In this document: piece by piece, positions 9,791 to 18,643 of the stretch | How positions within the stretch are numbered: the first letter of the stretch is position 1 | How the letters are laid out: every line of letters starts with the position of its first letter | NCBI GenBank assembly: GCA_963717505.1 | Contig: OY970342.1 | Location: 1,024,001-1,088,000 of the forward strand | Length of the DNA: 64,000 nucleotides | Direction: 5' to 3' | From: Candidatus Eiseniibacteriota bacterium | GTDB taxonomy: Bacteria; Eisenbacteria; RBG-16-71-46 | Position numbers and translations under genes: made by a program | The notes under the pieces: model-generated | The model's database searches: none | What the model was told of the DNA's origin: nothing | Seen by the model: only the letters and a program-made list of their open reading frames with translations

Positions 9791-9818
9791 ACGTACCGGG
9801 GACCGGGAAGAAGGTTGG
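9791..9818 (-). promoter_or_regulatory. Conserved bipartite motif CCAACCTTC-N10-CCGGTACGT, copy 2
   Basis: Exact match of both boxes and spacing to 9232-9259, at a similar distance upstream of the paralogous start codon. Confidence 0.6.
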
Positions 9819-9894
9819 CGGCGGCTCACGGCTCTGGTGTTAGGCTCTGGGCGGTCGACGCCTGGAAAGCGTTGCCGACCCGGAGAATCGGCCT

Positions 9895-10125
9895 ATGTCG
9901 GATCGAACGATAGTCATGAGGGTCATTCCCGAACCCCCCTCCATGACGCGCACCATTCTGGTCCCTGACTTTCAGGGACCGGCGGTGGTCAGCGAGGGAC
10001 CGCTCGATTACATCTGCGGCACTTGCGCCCTGGTGTTGCTGAAGGGCGTCGCGGTCGGGATGGTCCAGAAAGTCGTCATCCGCTGCGGCGGCTGCGGCAC
10101 CTTCAACGAGATTCCTGAAGACTGA
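9895..10125 (+). CDS. Small zinc-ribbon protein (Com-like)
   Basis: RBS GGAG; YICGTC...IRCGGCGTFN, two CxxC pairs with a terminal CxxCxxxN as in Mu Com-type ribbons. Confidence 0.72.
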   Translation: MSDRTIVMRVIPEPPSMTRTILVPDFQGPAVVSEGPLDYICGTCALVLLKGVAVGMVQKVVIRCGGCGTFNEIPED

Positions 10126-10215
10126 CTCCTTATCAGGACGGTTCTCGATTTCACCTGTGCGCGAAACATCGCGGTGCCATCTACCGCAGCTTCGCGAATC
10201 GATGAGAGGCCGACA

Positions 10216-11808
10216 ATGCGCCGCATCGCAATCGTTGCCTGTGCCGCCTTACTCCTCGCGGGGTGCGGCAAGGACGACCCCACTCGTCCCGACACAGACG
10301 CGCCGGCCCTGATCGCGGACCTGACGCTGATCGCTGTCGAGGACTCGAGCGTCACACTCGTGTGGACCGCCCCCGGCGACGACGGCGATCGCGGCACTGC
10401 GGCGGCGTACGACCTGCGGTTCTCGGCCGATCCATCGACGCCGTTCGAGCTTCGAACGATGCTCGACGGAGCTCCTCGGCCCGCACCTCCAGGTACGCAA
10501 CAAGTCGCGATCCTCCATGGCCAGTCCTTCGCCGGCGACCTCTTCTTCCAGATGAAGACCGCCGACGAGAGTGGGAACTGGTCGGCTGTGTCGAACCAGG
10601 CGATGACGCGCGACCAGGTGCCGCCAGCCGCAGTGACCGACCTAGCGGCGACGACCACGGGGATGTTCGAAGTGCGAGTCTCCTGGACCTCGCCCGGGGA
10701 CGATGGGGCGGTCGGCAAGGCACAGAGTTGGGAGCTGAGATATACGACGGACCCGAGCCTCTTCGACACCGAGGCCGGCTGGGACGCCGCGACGGCCGTG
10801 TCGGGTCTACCGTCGCCCACATTCGCCGGCAACCACAACCAGGCGGACGTCGCCCTGACCATCAACACCACGTACTATCTAGCGCTGCGATCGATCGACG
10901 ACGCGGGCAACGAATCGAATCTCTCGAACGTCGTCCGTATCCGCACGGAAGAGCTGCCGGCTGCTCTGCTCGAGGAATGGCGGGACTCGCGGTTTCCACA
11001 GTACGCCGCATCCATCCAGCGGGATCGCTCGGGCGACGTCTACGTCGCGAGCATGGATCGCATCGTCCGGATGGATGCCGGTGGGAACGTCGTCTCGGTA
11101 CGGAACGGCATCGGTGGGCGCCTGGCGCTTGACCCGGACGGCAACCTTTACGCGCTGACTCTGTCGGTGATCTCCGGAGCGCGCTCGAGTCTCGTCCGTT
11201 ACTCGGAGGACGGCACGGAGCTGTTTCGCTGGAGGAGTCCGGACTCCGACTATCGCGACCTCGCGATTGACCCCTTCGGCGCGCTGTTTCTTCTGGATTC
11301 CGGCAACCGGGTCGAGGTGCTACGACCCGTCGCGGCGGCCACGAGCCCGCCTATTCTCGTGACCAGCTGGTCGATCACCAATCCAGGACTGGATAGCCCG
11401 CCCCCAACCGTCTTTGGAGGAATCGCGGCGACGAAAGACTTCGTGTACGTCATGGTTTCCTATCAAGAGACTCATGCTTTTCGAACCACGGCGCTGCAGA
11501 AGTACAGCAAGGGCGGCATGTTGATCGCGAATATTCCGCTGCAACGAACGACCAGCGGGTTCGCGACTCTACAGCTGTGCTCGAGCGACGATGAAAACAA
11601 CCTGTACGTGCTCGACAGCAGCAACGCCATGGTGAGGAAGCTCGACGCCGCCGGGTCGGTCCGGATGAGACTGTCGTCCCTGCCCGACGGGGCGGACGAC
11701 GTCGTGGCGGGCGAGGGAAGGATCTTCGTCCTGAGCCATCTCCTCTCGGGCGCCGGGTCGCTCGTGAAGGTGTACGGGTCGGCGTCGCTCGCCACGCGCG
11801 GACACTAG
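10216..11808 (+). CDS. Lipoprotein with two FN3-like repeats and an NHL-type beta-propeller
   Basis: MRRIAIVACAALLLAG-C lipobox; repeated WTAPGDDG...YDLRF / WTSPGDDG...WELRY and DESGNWS / DDAGNES; repeated D-x-x-G-x-x-Y-V blades. Confidence 0.85.
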   Translation: MRRIAIVACAALLLAGCGKDDPTRPDTDAPALIADLTLIAVEDSSVTLVWTAPGDDGDRGTAAAYDLRFSADPSTPFELRTMLDGAPRPAPPGTQQVAILHGQSFAGDLFFQMKTADESGNWSAVSNQAMTRDQVPPAAVTDLAATTTGMFEVRVSWTSPGDDGAVGKAQSWELRYTTDPSLFDTEAGWDAATAVSGLPSPTFAGNHNQADVALTINTTYYLALRSIDDAGNESNLSNVVRIRTEELPAALLEEWRDSRFPQYAASIQRDRSGDVYVASMDRIVRMDAGGNVVSVRNGIGGRLALDPDGNLYALTLSVISGARSSLVRYSEDGTELFRWRSPDSDYRDLAIDPFGALFLLDSGNRVEVLRPVAAATSPPILVTSWSITNPGLDSPPPTVFGGIAATKDFVYVMVSYQETHAFRTTALQKYSKGGMLIANIPLQRTTSGFATLQLCSSDDENNLYVLDSSNAMVRKLDAAGSVRMRLSSLPDGADDVVAGEGRIFVLSHLLSGAGSLVKVYGSASLATRGH

Positions 11809-11934
11809 GAGTGAAGCCCCCGGCGCTGGCGCGGATCCTCGGATGAAGGATAGGAACCTATTGACGGTCCAGCTTTCGCTTCATTCGTGAGCGGCCACGC
11901 TCATTCAGTGACAAGCCAGCATCGACACAGGCGG

Positions 11935-14311
11935 CTAAGCGCTCCGTCGCTCGCCCAGCAGCCTGAGCCCGTTCAGGATGACCACGACCGTGCTGCCCTC
12001 GTGCCCCGATACCGCCACCGGCAACTTGAGCGCGCCCAGCGGCGTCAGGTGGCCGAAGAACACCAGCAGCACGAGCACGAACATGACGCCGACCGCGATC
12101 ACCAGGTTCTGGGTGACGATCGCACGCGCCTTCCGGCTGAGCCGCACCGCGTAGGGCAGTGCCGTCAGGTCGTCGGCCATGAGCACGACGTCGGAGCTTT
12201 CCATGGCGGCGTCGGTGGCGATCCCGCCCATCGCGATCCCGACACTTGCGCGGGCCAGGGCCGGAGCGTCGTTGACGCCGTCGCCGACCATCGCCACCTT
12301 GCCGGCCTCCTGCTCCAGGCTGGCGATGACGTTCACCTTCTCCTCGGGGAGCAAGGCGCCGTGGTAGGCGTCGACCCCGGTTTGGCGCGCAATTGCGGCG
12401 ACCGTAGGCACGCTGTCGCCCGAGAGCACGACCACGCGGCGGATGCCGAGTCGCTTGAGTGTCGCGACCACGCCTGCGGCGGCCGGGCGCACCTGATCGG
12501 CGGCGCCGATCACGCCCCAGCGCGGGCCGCGGCGCACGATCATCGCGGTGCGCGCTTCATGACGCAGGCGCTCGAGCTCCGTGCGGGCGGCGTCCGGCAC
12601 CGCCACCCCCAGCTCGTCGAACAGCTCGGGTGTGCCGATCTCGACCGTGGTGCCGTCGACGTGTGCGACCAGCCCCTTCCCCGGATGGGATACGAGTTGC
12701 GACGCCGGTGTGAACGCGATGCCTCGCGTTTCGGCGGCGCGCACCACCGCCTGAGCCAGCGGATGCTGCGAGCGTTTCTCGGCCGATGCGGCCCAGGCCA
12801 GGATCTCCTCCTCGGACGTCCCGTCGATCGCGAGCACGTCGGTGACTTCGAACCGGCCGTAGGTCAGCGTGCCGGTCTTGTCGAAGCCCACCACTTTCAC
12901 GCGCCCGAGTGCTTCGATGAAGCGCCCACCCTTGAACAACACGCCGTGGCGTGCAGCATTCGCGATCGCTGAGAGGATGGTCGCCGGCGTGGCGATCACC
13001 AGCGCGCACGGCGAGGCGACCACCAGCAGCGTCATGGCTCGGTAGAACGACGAGGCGAACTCCTGGCCGAGCACGAACGGCGGGATGATCGCCATCAGCG
13101 CGGCACCGACCATGACCACCAGCGTGTAGTAGCGCCCGACCCACTCGGCGGCCTCCTCGGTCTGCGACTTCTGCTCCTGCGCCTCCTGGACCAGCGAGAC
13201 GATGCGCGCCAGCGTGGTATTGCCCGCGGTTCGCGTGGTGCGGACCTCGATGGATCCCTGCTGGTTGAGCGTGCCGGTGAACACCCGGTCTCCCGATGGA
13301 CTTGGCCACGGGCACCGACTCGCCGGTCAGGTGGCTCTGGTCGATGAGCGACGTGCCCGAGAGCACGATGCCGTCCACGGGTACGGCTTCTCCGGGCTTG
13401 ACGATCACGCGTTCGCCCGGCCGCACCGACTCGGCTTCGACCTCGATTTCGCGCCCGCCGCGCACCACCAACGCCTTCGCCGGCCGGAGCTTGAGCAGCG
13501 CCTGGAGTGCCCGCCGCGTACGCCCCATGGTGTAGACCTCGAGCGTGTTGCTGAGCGAGAACAGGAACATCAGCACCGCGGCCTCGAAGATGTAGCCGAT
13601 CCAGGCGGCGCCCAGGGCTGCGAGCAACATGAGCAGGTTGACGTCGAAGCGCAGCCGGCGCAGCGAGGCCACGGTCGAGCGCAGCGTGAAGAGTCCACCG
13701 GCGATCGCCGAGATCGCGAACGCGGCGTGGTGCCAGATCGGGGGAAGTGCGGTGCGCTCGAGCACCATCCCCAGGATCAGGAACCCGAGACAGGCGGCGG
13801 TGAGCAACGCCATGGCACGCCCCTTCGCGAAATGTTCTTGCTCGGCGGGCGTGAACTTGGCGCCCCACGGCTTGGTTTCGGCGAACGGCCGCGTCAGCTC
13901 GGCGCTGTCGGCCGGCACGTTGCGGCGCGTGACGCCGACCCGATCCTCGTGGACGATCGCCCGGATTTCGCCGCCCACCGAGTCCGGCACCCGACCCAGG
14001 CGTAGCGCGCACTCCTCACAGGAACCGAGCGTCTGGCGGCGTTCGCAATAGGTGACGCGTTGCGCGAACAGGGCGCCAACGTCGTCGGCCAGCTCGTTGA
14101 GCTGCTCGGTCGAGACGTGCGCCGGCTGGTAACGAACGGTGACCGTGTGCGCCTTGAAATCGGCCTCGATCCCGATCACGCCGGGGCTCATGCGCAGCCG
14201 GTCGGAGAGGATCTCGAGGCAGCCCTCGCCTTCGGGCACCGGCAGGTGGACCGGCTCCAGGGCCTCAGCGGTCGCCGACTCCGCGCGAGCAGGCTCGGTG
14301 GGTGGGTGCAT
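11935..14311 (-). CDS. Heavy-metal P1B-4-type ATPase with Cys-containing N-terminal extension (apparent +1 frameshift near 13293)
   Basis: LTGES, SPCALVIATP, FDKTGTLT, SQHP, MVGDGVNDAPAL and HEGST; SPC plus HEGST defines P1B-4. About 791 aa after correction. Confidence 0.92.
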
Positions 14312-14385
14312 GGTCGAGTGACCCTAGCACACGGGTCCGACAGGGAAGCGCCACGACCGCAGGAATGATCGGGGCGTGCCATGCG

Positions 14386-15304
14386 TCATGAATACATCTC
14401 GACCCTGCCCTTCCCGTTCGGGATCCGGCCGCTGTAGAGCCTGGCCACCAGCCATGGCTCCTTCCGCAGCAGCTCGACGATGGGCGCCGGCGCCAGCCCT
14501 TTCGAAGCGTTTCGGGCCTGGGCCGGCGTCTCCGGCCACTCGAAGGGCAGCTCGATGTAGCTGTCGGGCCCGGAGGCACTCGCGAGCAGCTCCAGCGTTG
14601 CGCGCAGCACGGCGCGCTGGCCGTCGGGATCGTGCGGCCTGCCGAGGGGCCGCCCGATCGGGTAGCCGATGCCCGCGAGCCGCGGCACGCCGACGGCGCG
14701 GGTCAGCTCGGGAATCCATCGAGAGCGTCACCGTCGAAATGCCGCTCGCTTCGAGGACTCGTTGTACCAGTCCCACGGACCGGCAGCAGAACGGTCAAGC
14801 GGGCACCAGCGCCGCCGCGTCGACCCGCTCGGCGCGCATGCGCTCCGCGATGGCCGGCGCTGTCTTCTCGACCAGATCCTTCGGCTCGAGGATGTAGCCC
14901 ATCACGGAGTAATGGGTGGGCGCGGCGCGGCCGACGACACCCTCGGCAGCGAGCTCGGCCAAGCGGCGCATCGGCAGCACCACGTCGAGGTCGGCTTCGC
15001 CGAACCGCGGGTCGATGTGCAGGTGGTACAGCTTGATGTCCTTCTCGGTCGTGCCGAGAGGAATGGTGCGGAAGCTGGGGTCGCCCCACCAGGGGTCACG
15101 CCTCTCGCCGTCCTGGTCGAAGGGCACGTCGTCATTTCGCGCCACCCCGGCGGTCGAGACGAGCGCCACGGTGCACTCGCGCAGCGGCTTCGCAAGCGGC
15201 GTGAAGGGGATCACGCCGGACTCCTGCCGTGCGGCCCAGGCCTTCATGATCTGCCGGGTCGCGAAGTCGAGGAAGCGGTACGAGTCGATCGCCATCGCGA
15301 GCAT
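14386..15304 (-). CDS. PrdB/GrdB-like selenoprotein (Sec TGA at 14795-14797; apparent +1 frameshift near 14716)
   Basis: KPLRECTVALVSTAGV N-terminal family motif; frame continues through TGA as VPA-U-PFCCRSVGLVQRVLEASGISTV, then IPELTRAVGVPR...YPIGRPLGRPHD...LPFEW. Alternative start 15295. Confidence 0.9.
14760..14793 (-). promoter_or_regulatory. Bacterial SECIS element
   Basis: After UGA: lower stem CGUU/AACG, bulge, upper 9-bp stem UGCCGGUCC/GGACUGGUA, loop GUG starting 18 nt after the UGA. Confidence 0.85.
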
Positions 15305-15315
15305 TACCCTCTAGA

Positions 15316-18108
15316 TCAGGGCACTCGCACGACCGGTCGGGTCTCGTGGCGTCCTTCGGCGGCCAACCGAACGAAGTAGACCCCGGCCGCAACCCGGCCG
15401 CCCTGCCCGTCGCGACCATCCCAGCGCAGCACGTGCGCTCCGGCATCCAGCCACAGGCCACCCGACAGGCTTCGCACTTCGCGGCCGAGCACGTCGAAGA
15501 CCACCAGCTCCACGCGGCCCGGGCGGCCGAGCGTGAACTGAACCTCGGCGACCTCTCGGAACGGGTTGGGGCCGATCGAGCGCAGCGCGAACGCGCGTTC
15601 CGGACTCACGCCGACCGCGACGTTCTCCGGCGTCGACAATGGATTCCCGGGATCGCTTCCGGCATCGCGCTCGTCGGCGTCGTAGTAGGTGTCGTAGTCG
15701 CGATCGACCCCCATGCGCTCCCCGACGCCGGCGGGAACACCGCTGATCGTGACCGCGGTCGATGCCCCAGCCAGGGCCAGCAACTGTGCCGACGTGCGGT
15801 CGGGTTCCGAGCTGCGATCCGGTCGCCAAAGATCGCCTCCGACATACCACCAGCCCCGAGCCTCGGACCCGACGCGTCCCTTGGCGATCAGATCGCAGTT
15901 GGTCGACGCCGCCTGGCCCTTCAGGGTGTCGAGCCGCGCGAGTGCCGTCGGGTTGCTCGTGTTCGTGCCGTCGAACATCAGTTGATAACCGACCGCGGGC
16001 GGCATACCGGTGTCGAACGCGTGCAGGAACGCCTCGACGTCGCGCCGCTGATTGTCGCCTGCGGCACCGGCGGCGAAATTGAACACCGATGCGTGCAGGA
16101 AGTTGAACAGGTTGTCGATGCCGCCGTCGTGCACGAAGCCGAAGCCGCGTGTGTTCACCGCTCCCGGCGCCTGCGAGAACCCGGTCTTCTTGTACATGTT
16201 CCGGAGCTGCGGAACCTTGATGTCCTGGTCTTCGAGCAAGACATCGTCCGGGAACACGACGCCGTTGGTGCCCGAAGGCAAGGAGTGGCAGCCGGCGCAC
16301 GTCAGGCCGCCATCCACCGGCGTGGTGCGGAAGAAGACATCGCCGCGCCTGGCACTCGGTTGTCCAGCCGGTGCGTCGGGGAACGTGCGGTTCAGGTGCT
16401 GGGCCGGATTGGGCGGGTAGACGAGCGGCAGGACAAAATCGTTGAACGCCGCCATTTCGCTCGAGGACAGCGGGGTCGACCGGCCGAGCAGGCCGACGAA
16501 TGCCGGATTGAACGCGTTCAGGTCCTGCCGGTCTCCGCGCCAGTGCAGGAGCCCGGTCCCGGGCAGCCCGCGCAGCGACTGGGTCACCATCGGGCCCTTC
16601 ATCGGATCGAAGCCCTCGAGCACCGGCGTGGTCGGTTGTCCGGCGGGCGGCGGCTGGTACGCACCGCTCGGGTCGCCGAGGTCCCACGCGAGGTTGTCGA
16701 AGTCGCCGAACACGTGGCAGGTCGCGCACGATTGATCGCCGTGGCCCGAGGTGAAGCCGCCGTAGAAGAACGGGCGGCCCGCAGCGATCGCTTCGGGGGT
16801 TGGATCGAATCCGATCGAGGCGACCGCGAGCGGCGCCAGCGTGCTCGAAAATGTCTGGAGCTGGTTCTCGAAACGACCCACGACGTAGATCCGCCCGCGC
16901 GCCTGATCCACGACCACGCCGGTCGGTCCCGGCACCGTCGGCACCCGCGCCATCACGCCGCTGCCCGCGGGATCGATCACCCCCAGGCGATTGCTGGCCA
17001 TCGAGGTGACGTAGAGCCGGTTGCCATTGGCTGAGAATGCGATCCCGGTGGGCGTGCCGAGCGCCGAATCGCGCTCCGACTGCGGGCCGGGGGTGACCGA
17101 GTAGTTCACGTGCGGATTCAGATTGCGGATCGTCGTGGTCCCCGCGGCACTGATCAGCCCGATCTGCGTGTCCACGATGTGCCCGCGCAGGCGGGGCTCG
17201 AAACGCTGGAGGTTGCGGGCCTCGGTGCTCGACACCGCGATCCGGCCGTCGGTCGGGCTCACCGCGAGCCCGAAGTTCACCGCACCCAAATCCCCGAACG
17301 TACGCGTCACGGTCTTGGACACCGTGCTGATCTCGGCCACGTCGGTGTCGAGGATCGAGTAGGGCAGTGCGGCCGTGTGATCGTTGCCGTACATGTCGTT
17401 CCACTGACCTGCCTGATGCTGGACGATCAGCGCCACGTTGGGTGGGTTGGCGGGCAGCGAGTCGTCGCGCGGGAACGCCGGGTCGTCCAGCGTGTCCGAG
17501 TCGTACGCGTTGAACGGCAGGACCGACGTGCGGTTCCCGGCGTTGAACACGGCCGTGTACACCAGCGTTCCCGCGGCGTTCGCCGCCAGGGCGCGCGGCA
17601 TGCGTCCGCCAATCGGGATGTCGACCGGCGCGGCCGACAGATTGGCGGGGTCGTAGACCCGCACCCGATTCTCCTGCGACACGCTGACGTAGGCGCGCAC
17701 GGGGCTGCCCGCAAACACCACGTCGCTCGGCTCGTCGCCGACTCGTAGCGTGGCGCGGACGTGGAACGTGGCGAGATCCACGATGCTGATGTTGTCCGAA
17801 AGGTGGTTGACGACCCAGGCCGTGCCGTCGTCGAGACACGACACCGCGACCGGCTCGAGACCAATCGGGATCTCGGCCACGCGGACCGGAAGGGTCCCGG
17901 TCAGGTCGAAGACGGTGAGCCGGGCGTCCGGAGTGTTGACCACCAGCAGACGGTCCCCCGACGGTGTCATGGCCGCCGGCCGGACGTGCCCGCTTTCGAA
18001 GTGGACGAACGGCGGTGTGATCGCGGGGCGTGATCGCAGGTGCCTCGGCATCGCCAGCAGGCCGGCTGCGAGCACCAGCAGTGCAACAACAGGCGCCAAT
18101 CGCCGCAT
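15316..18108 (-). CDS. Secreted YVTN/YncE beta-propeller + di-heme cytochrome c (bCcP/MauG-like) + FlgD-Ig/T9SS-like C-terminal domain
   Basis: Signal peptide; repeated WVVN/VGDEP/AYVS blades; heme motifs SCATCH and TCAGCH; TQSLRGL, LHWRGDR, KVPQLRN, FVHDG; tail GPNPF...FDVLGREV...WDGRD...AAGVYF. Confidence 0.9.
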   Translation of the reverse strand: MRRLAPVVALLVLAAGLLAMPRHLRSRPAITPPFVHFESGHVRPAAMTPSGDRLLVVNTPDARLTVFDLTGTLPVRVAEIPIGLEPVAVSCLDDGTAWVVNHLSDNISIVDLATFHVRATLRVGDEPSDVVFAGSPVRAYVSVSQENRVRVYDPANLSAAPVDIPIGGRMPRALAANAAGTLVYTAVFNAGNRTSVLPFNAYDSDTLDDPAFPRDDSLPANPPNVALIVQHQAGQWNDMYGNDHTAALPYSILDTDVAEISTVSKTVTRTFGDLGAVNFGLAVSPTDGRIAVSSTEARNLQRFEPRLRGHIVDTQIGLISAAGTTTIRNLNPHVNYSVTPGPQSERDSALGTPTGIAFSANGNRLYVTSMASNRLGVIDPAGSGVMARVPTVPGPTGVVVDQARGRIYVVGRFENQLQTFSSTLAPLAVASIGFDPTPEAIAAGRPFFYGGFTSGHGDQSCATCHVFGDFDNLAWDLGDPSGAYQPPPAGQPTTPVLEGFDPMKGPMVTQSLRGLPGTGLLHWRGDRQDLNAFNPAFVGLLGRSTPLSSSEMAAFNDFVLPLVYPPNPAQHLNRTFPDAPAGQPSARRGDVFFRTTPVDGGLTCAGCHSLPSGTNGVVFPDDVLLEDQDIKVPQLRNMYKKTGFSQAPGAVNTRGFGFVHDGGIDNLFNFLHASVFNFAAGAAGDNQRRDVEAFLHAFDTGMPPAVGYQLMFDGTNTSNPTALARLDTLKGQAASTNCDLIAKGRVGSEARGWWYVGGDLWRPDRSSEPDRTSAQLLALAGASTAVTISGVPAGVGERMGVDRDYDTYYDADERDAGSDPGNPLSTPENVAVGVSPERAFALRSIGPNPFREVAEVQFTLGRPGRVELVVFDVLGREVRSLSGGLWLDAGAHVLRWDGRDGQGGRVAAGVYFVRLAAEGRHETRPVVRVP

Positions 18109-18150
18109 GGATGAACACTCGGGGACTGAGGGATTCGGGCTGCCCGGCGG

Positions 18151-18179
18151 ATTGTAGGACAAGGAAACGCCCCGGTCGA
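18151..18179 (-). promoter_or_regulatory. Sigma70-type promoter of the cytochrome gene
   Basis: TCGACC-N17-TACAAT, 42 nt upstream of ATG 18108. Confidence 0.6.
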
Positions 18180-18233
18180 CAGCAACCGGGGCGTCCCGGG
18201 GCGATATCGCAGTTGCTGCCTGCGCTATCGCTT

Positions 18234-18459
18234 CTATCTGCCGAGCATCACCATCTTCTTCACGCCCTCGAATCCAACACCCTGTTTGAGCTTGGTGAAG
18301 TAGACGCCCGACGCCACACGCTGACCCGCGGCATCGGTGCCGTCCCACACCACCGTGTGCTCACCGGCCTCGAAGTTGCGGTACGGGCTGAGCGCCTGCC
18401 GATGCGAACCAGGTCGGGGCGGCAGACAGCGCAAGCAGCAGAATGCGCAAACGCGGCAT
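18234..18459 (-). pseudogene. Signal peptide joined out of frame to the C-terminal half of a FlgD-Ig/T9SS-like tail (deleted gene or frameshifted 74-aa mini-protein)
   Basis: GGAGG RBS + MPRLRILLLALSAAPTWFASAGAQPV; +1 frame gives RNFEAGEHTVVWDGTDAAGQRVASGVYFTKLKQGVGFEGVKKMVMLGR-stop. Confidence 0.7.
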
Positions 18460-18472
18460 GATCGGTCCTCCA

Positions 18473-18643
18473 TTCGAGTGCGGGGCGGAAAAACTCGAAC
18501 GCGGCACGGGGGGACGTGCCCTGACCAGCAGGGTGGGGGACACCCATCGGCGTCCGCTTTGGCAGGAGCAGACGCGAGCCCGGTCCTCTCGTCCGGGCGG
18601 AACGGCGGCGTTACCGAGCCTGTGACCCGCGCTGCTGGGTCAC
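18473..18643 (-). ncRNA. Candidate structured leader RNA (six or seven consecutive hairpins)
   Basis: GUGACCC/GGGUCAC, AACG/CGUU, CCCGG/CCGGG, GCGUCUGCU/AGCGGACGC, GGGUG/CACCC, GGCACG/CGUGCC, UUCGAGU/ACUCGAA, ending next to the RBS. Confidence 0.4.

Noticed and set aside
9784-9845. GTTAGGC core-site-like sequence suggesting an integron attC
   Set aside because: No matching RYYYAAC inverse core or L boxes, no cassette array, no integrase.
10360-10930. Repeated CCCGGCGACGA-type sequences as a DNA repeat or CRISPR
   Set aside because: Explained by the two FN3-like protein repeats; no regular repeat-spacer array was seen anywhere in the window.
11880-11915. CTGAATGA-stem-CGAA on the minus strand resembling a hammerhead core
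   Set aside because: Does not fit CUGANGA...GAAA, and stems I and III are missing.
13285-13300. Programmed ribosomal frameshifting in the ATPase (as in E. coli copA)
   Set aside because: No slippery heptamer, the break falls inside the actuator domain, and it fits the window-wide +1 error pattern.
18545-18620. Cloverleaf-like fold as a tRNA (for example selC)
   Set aside because: No T-loop TTCRA, no anticodon-loop geometry, no acceptor stem or CCA.
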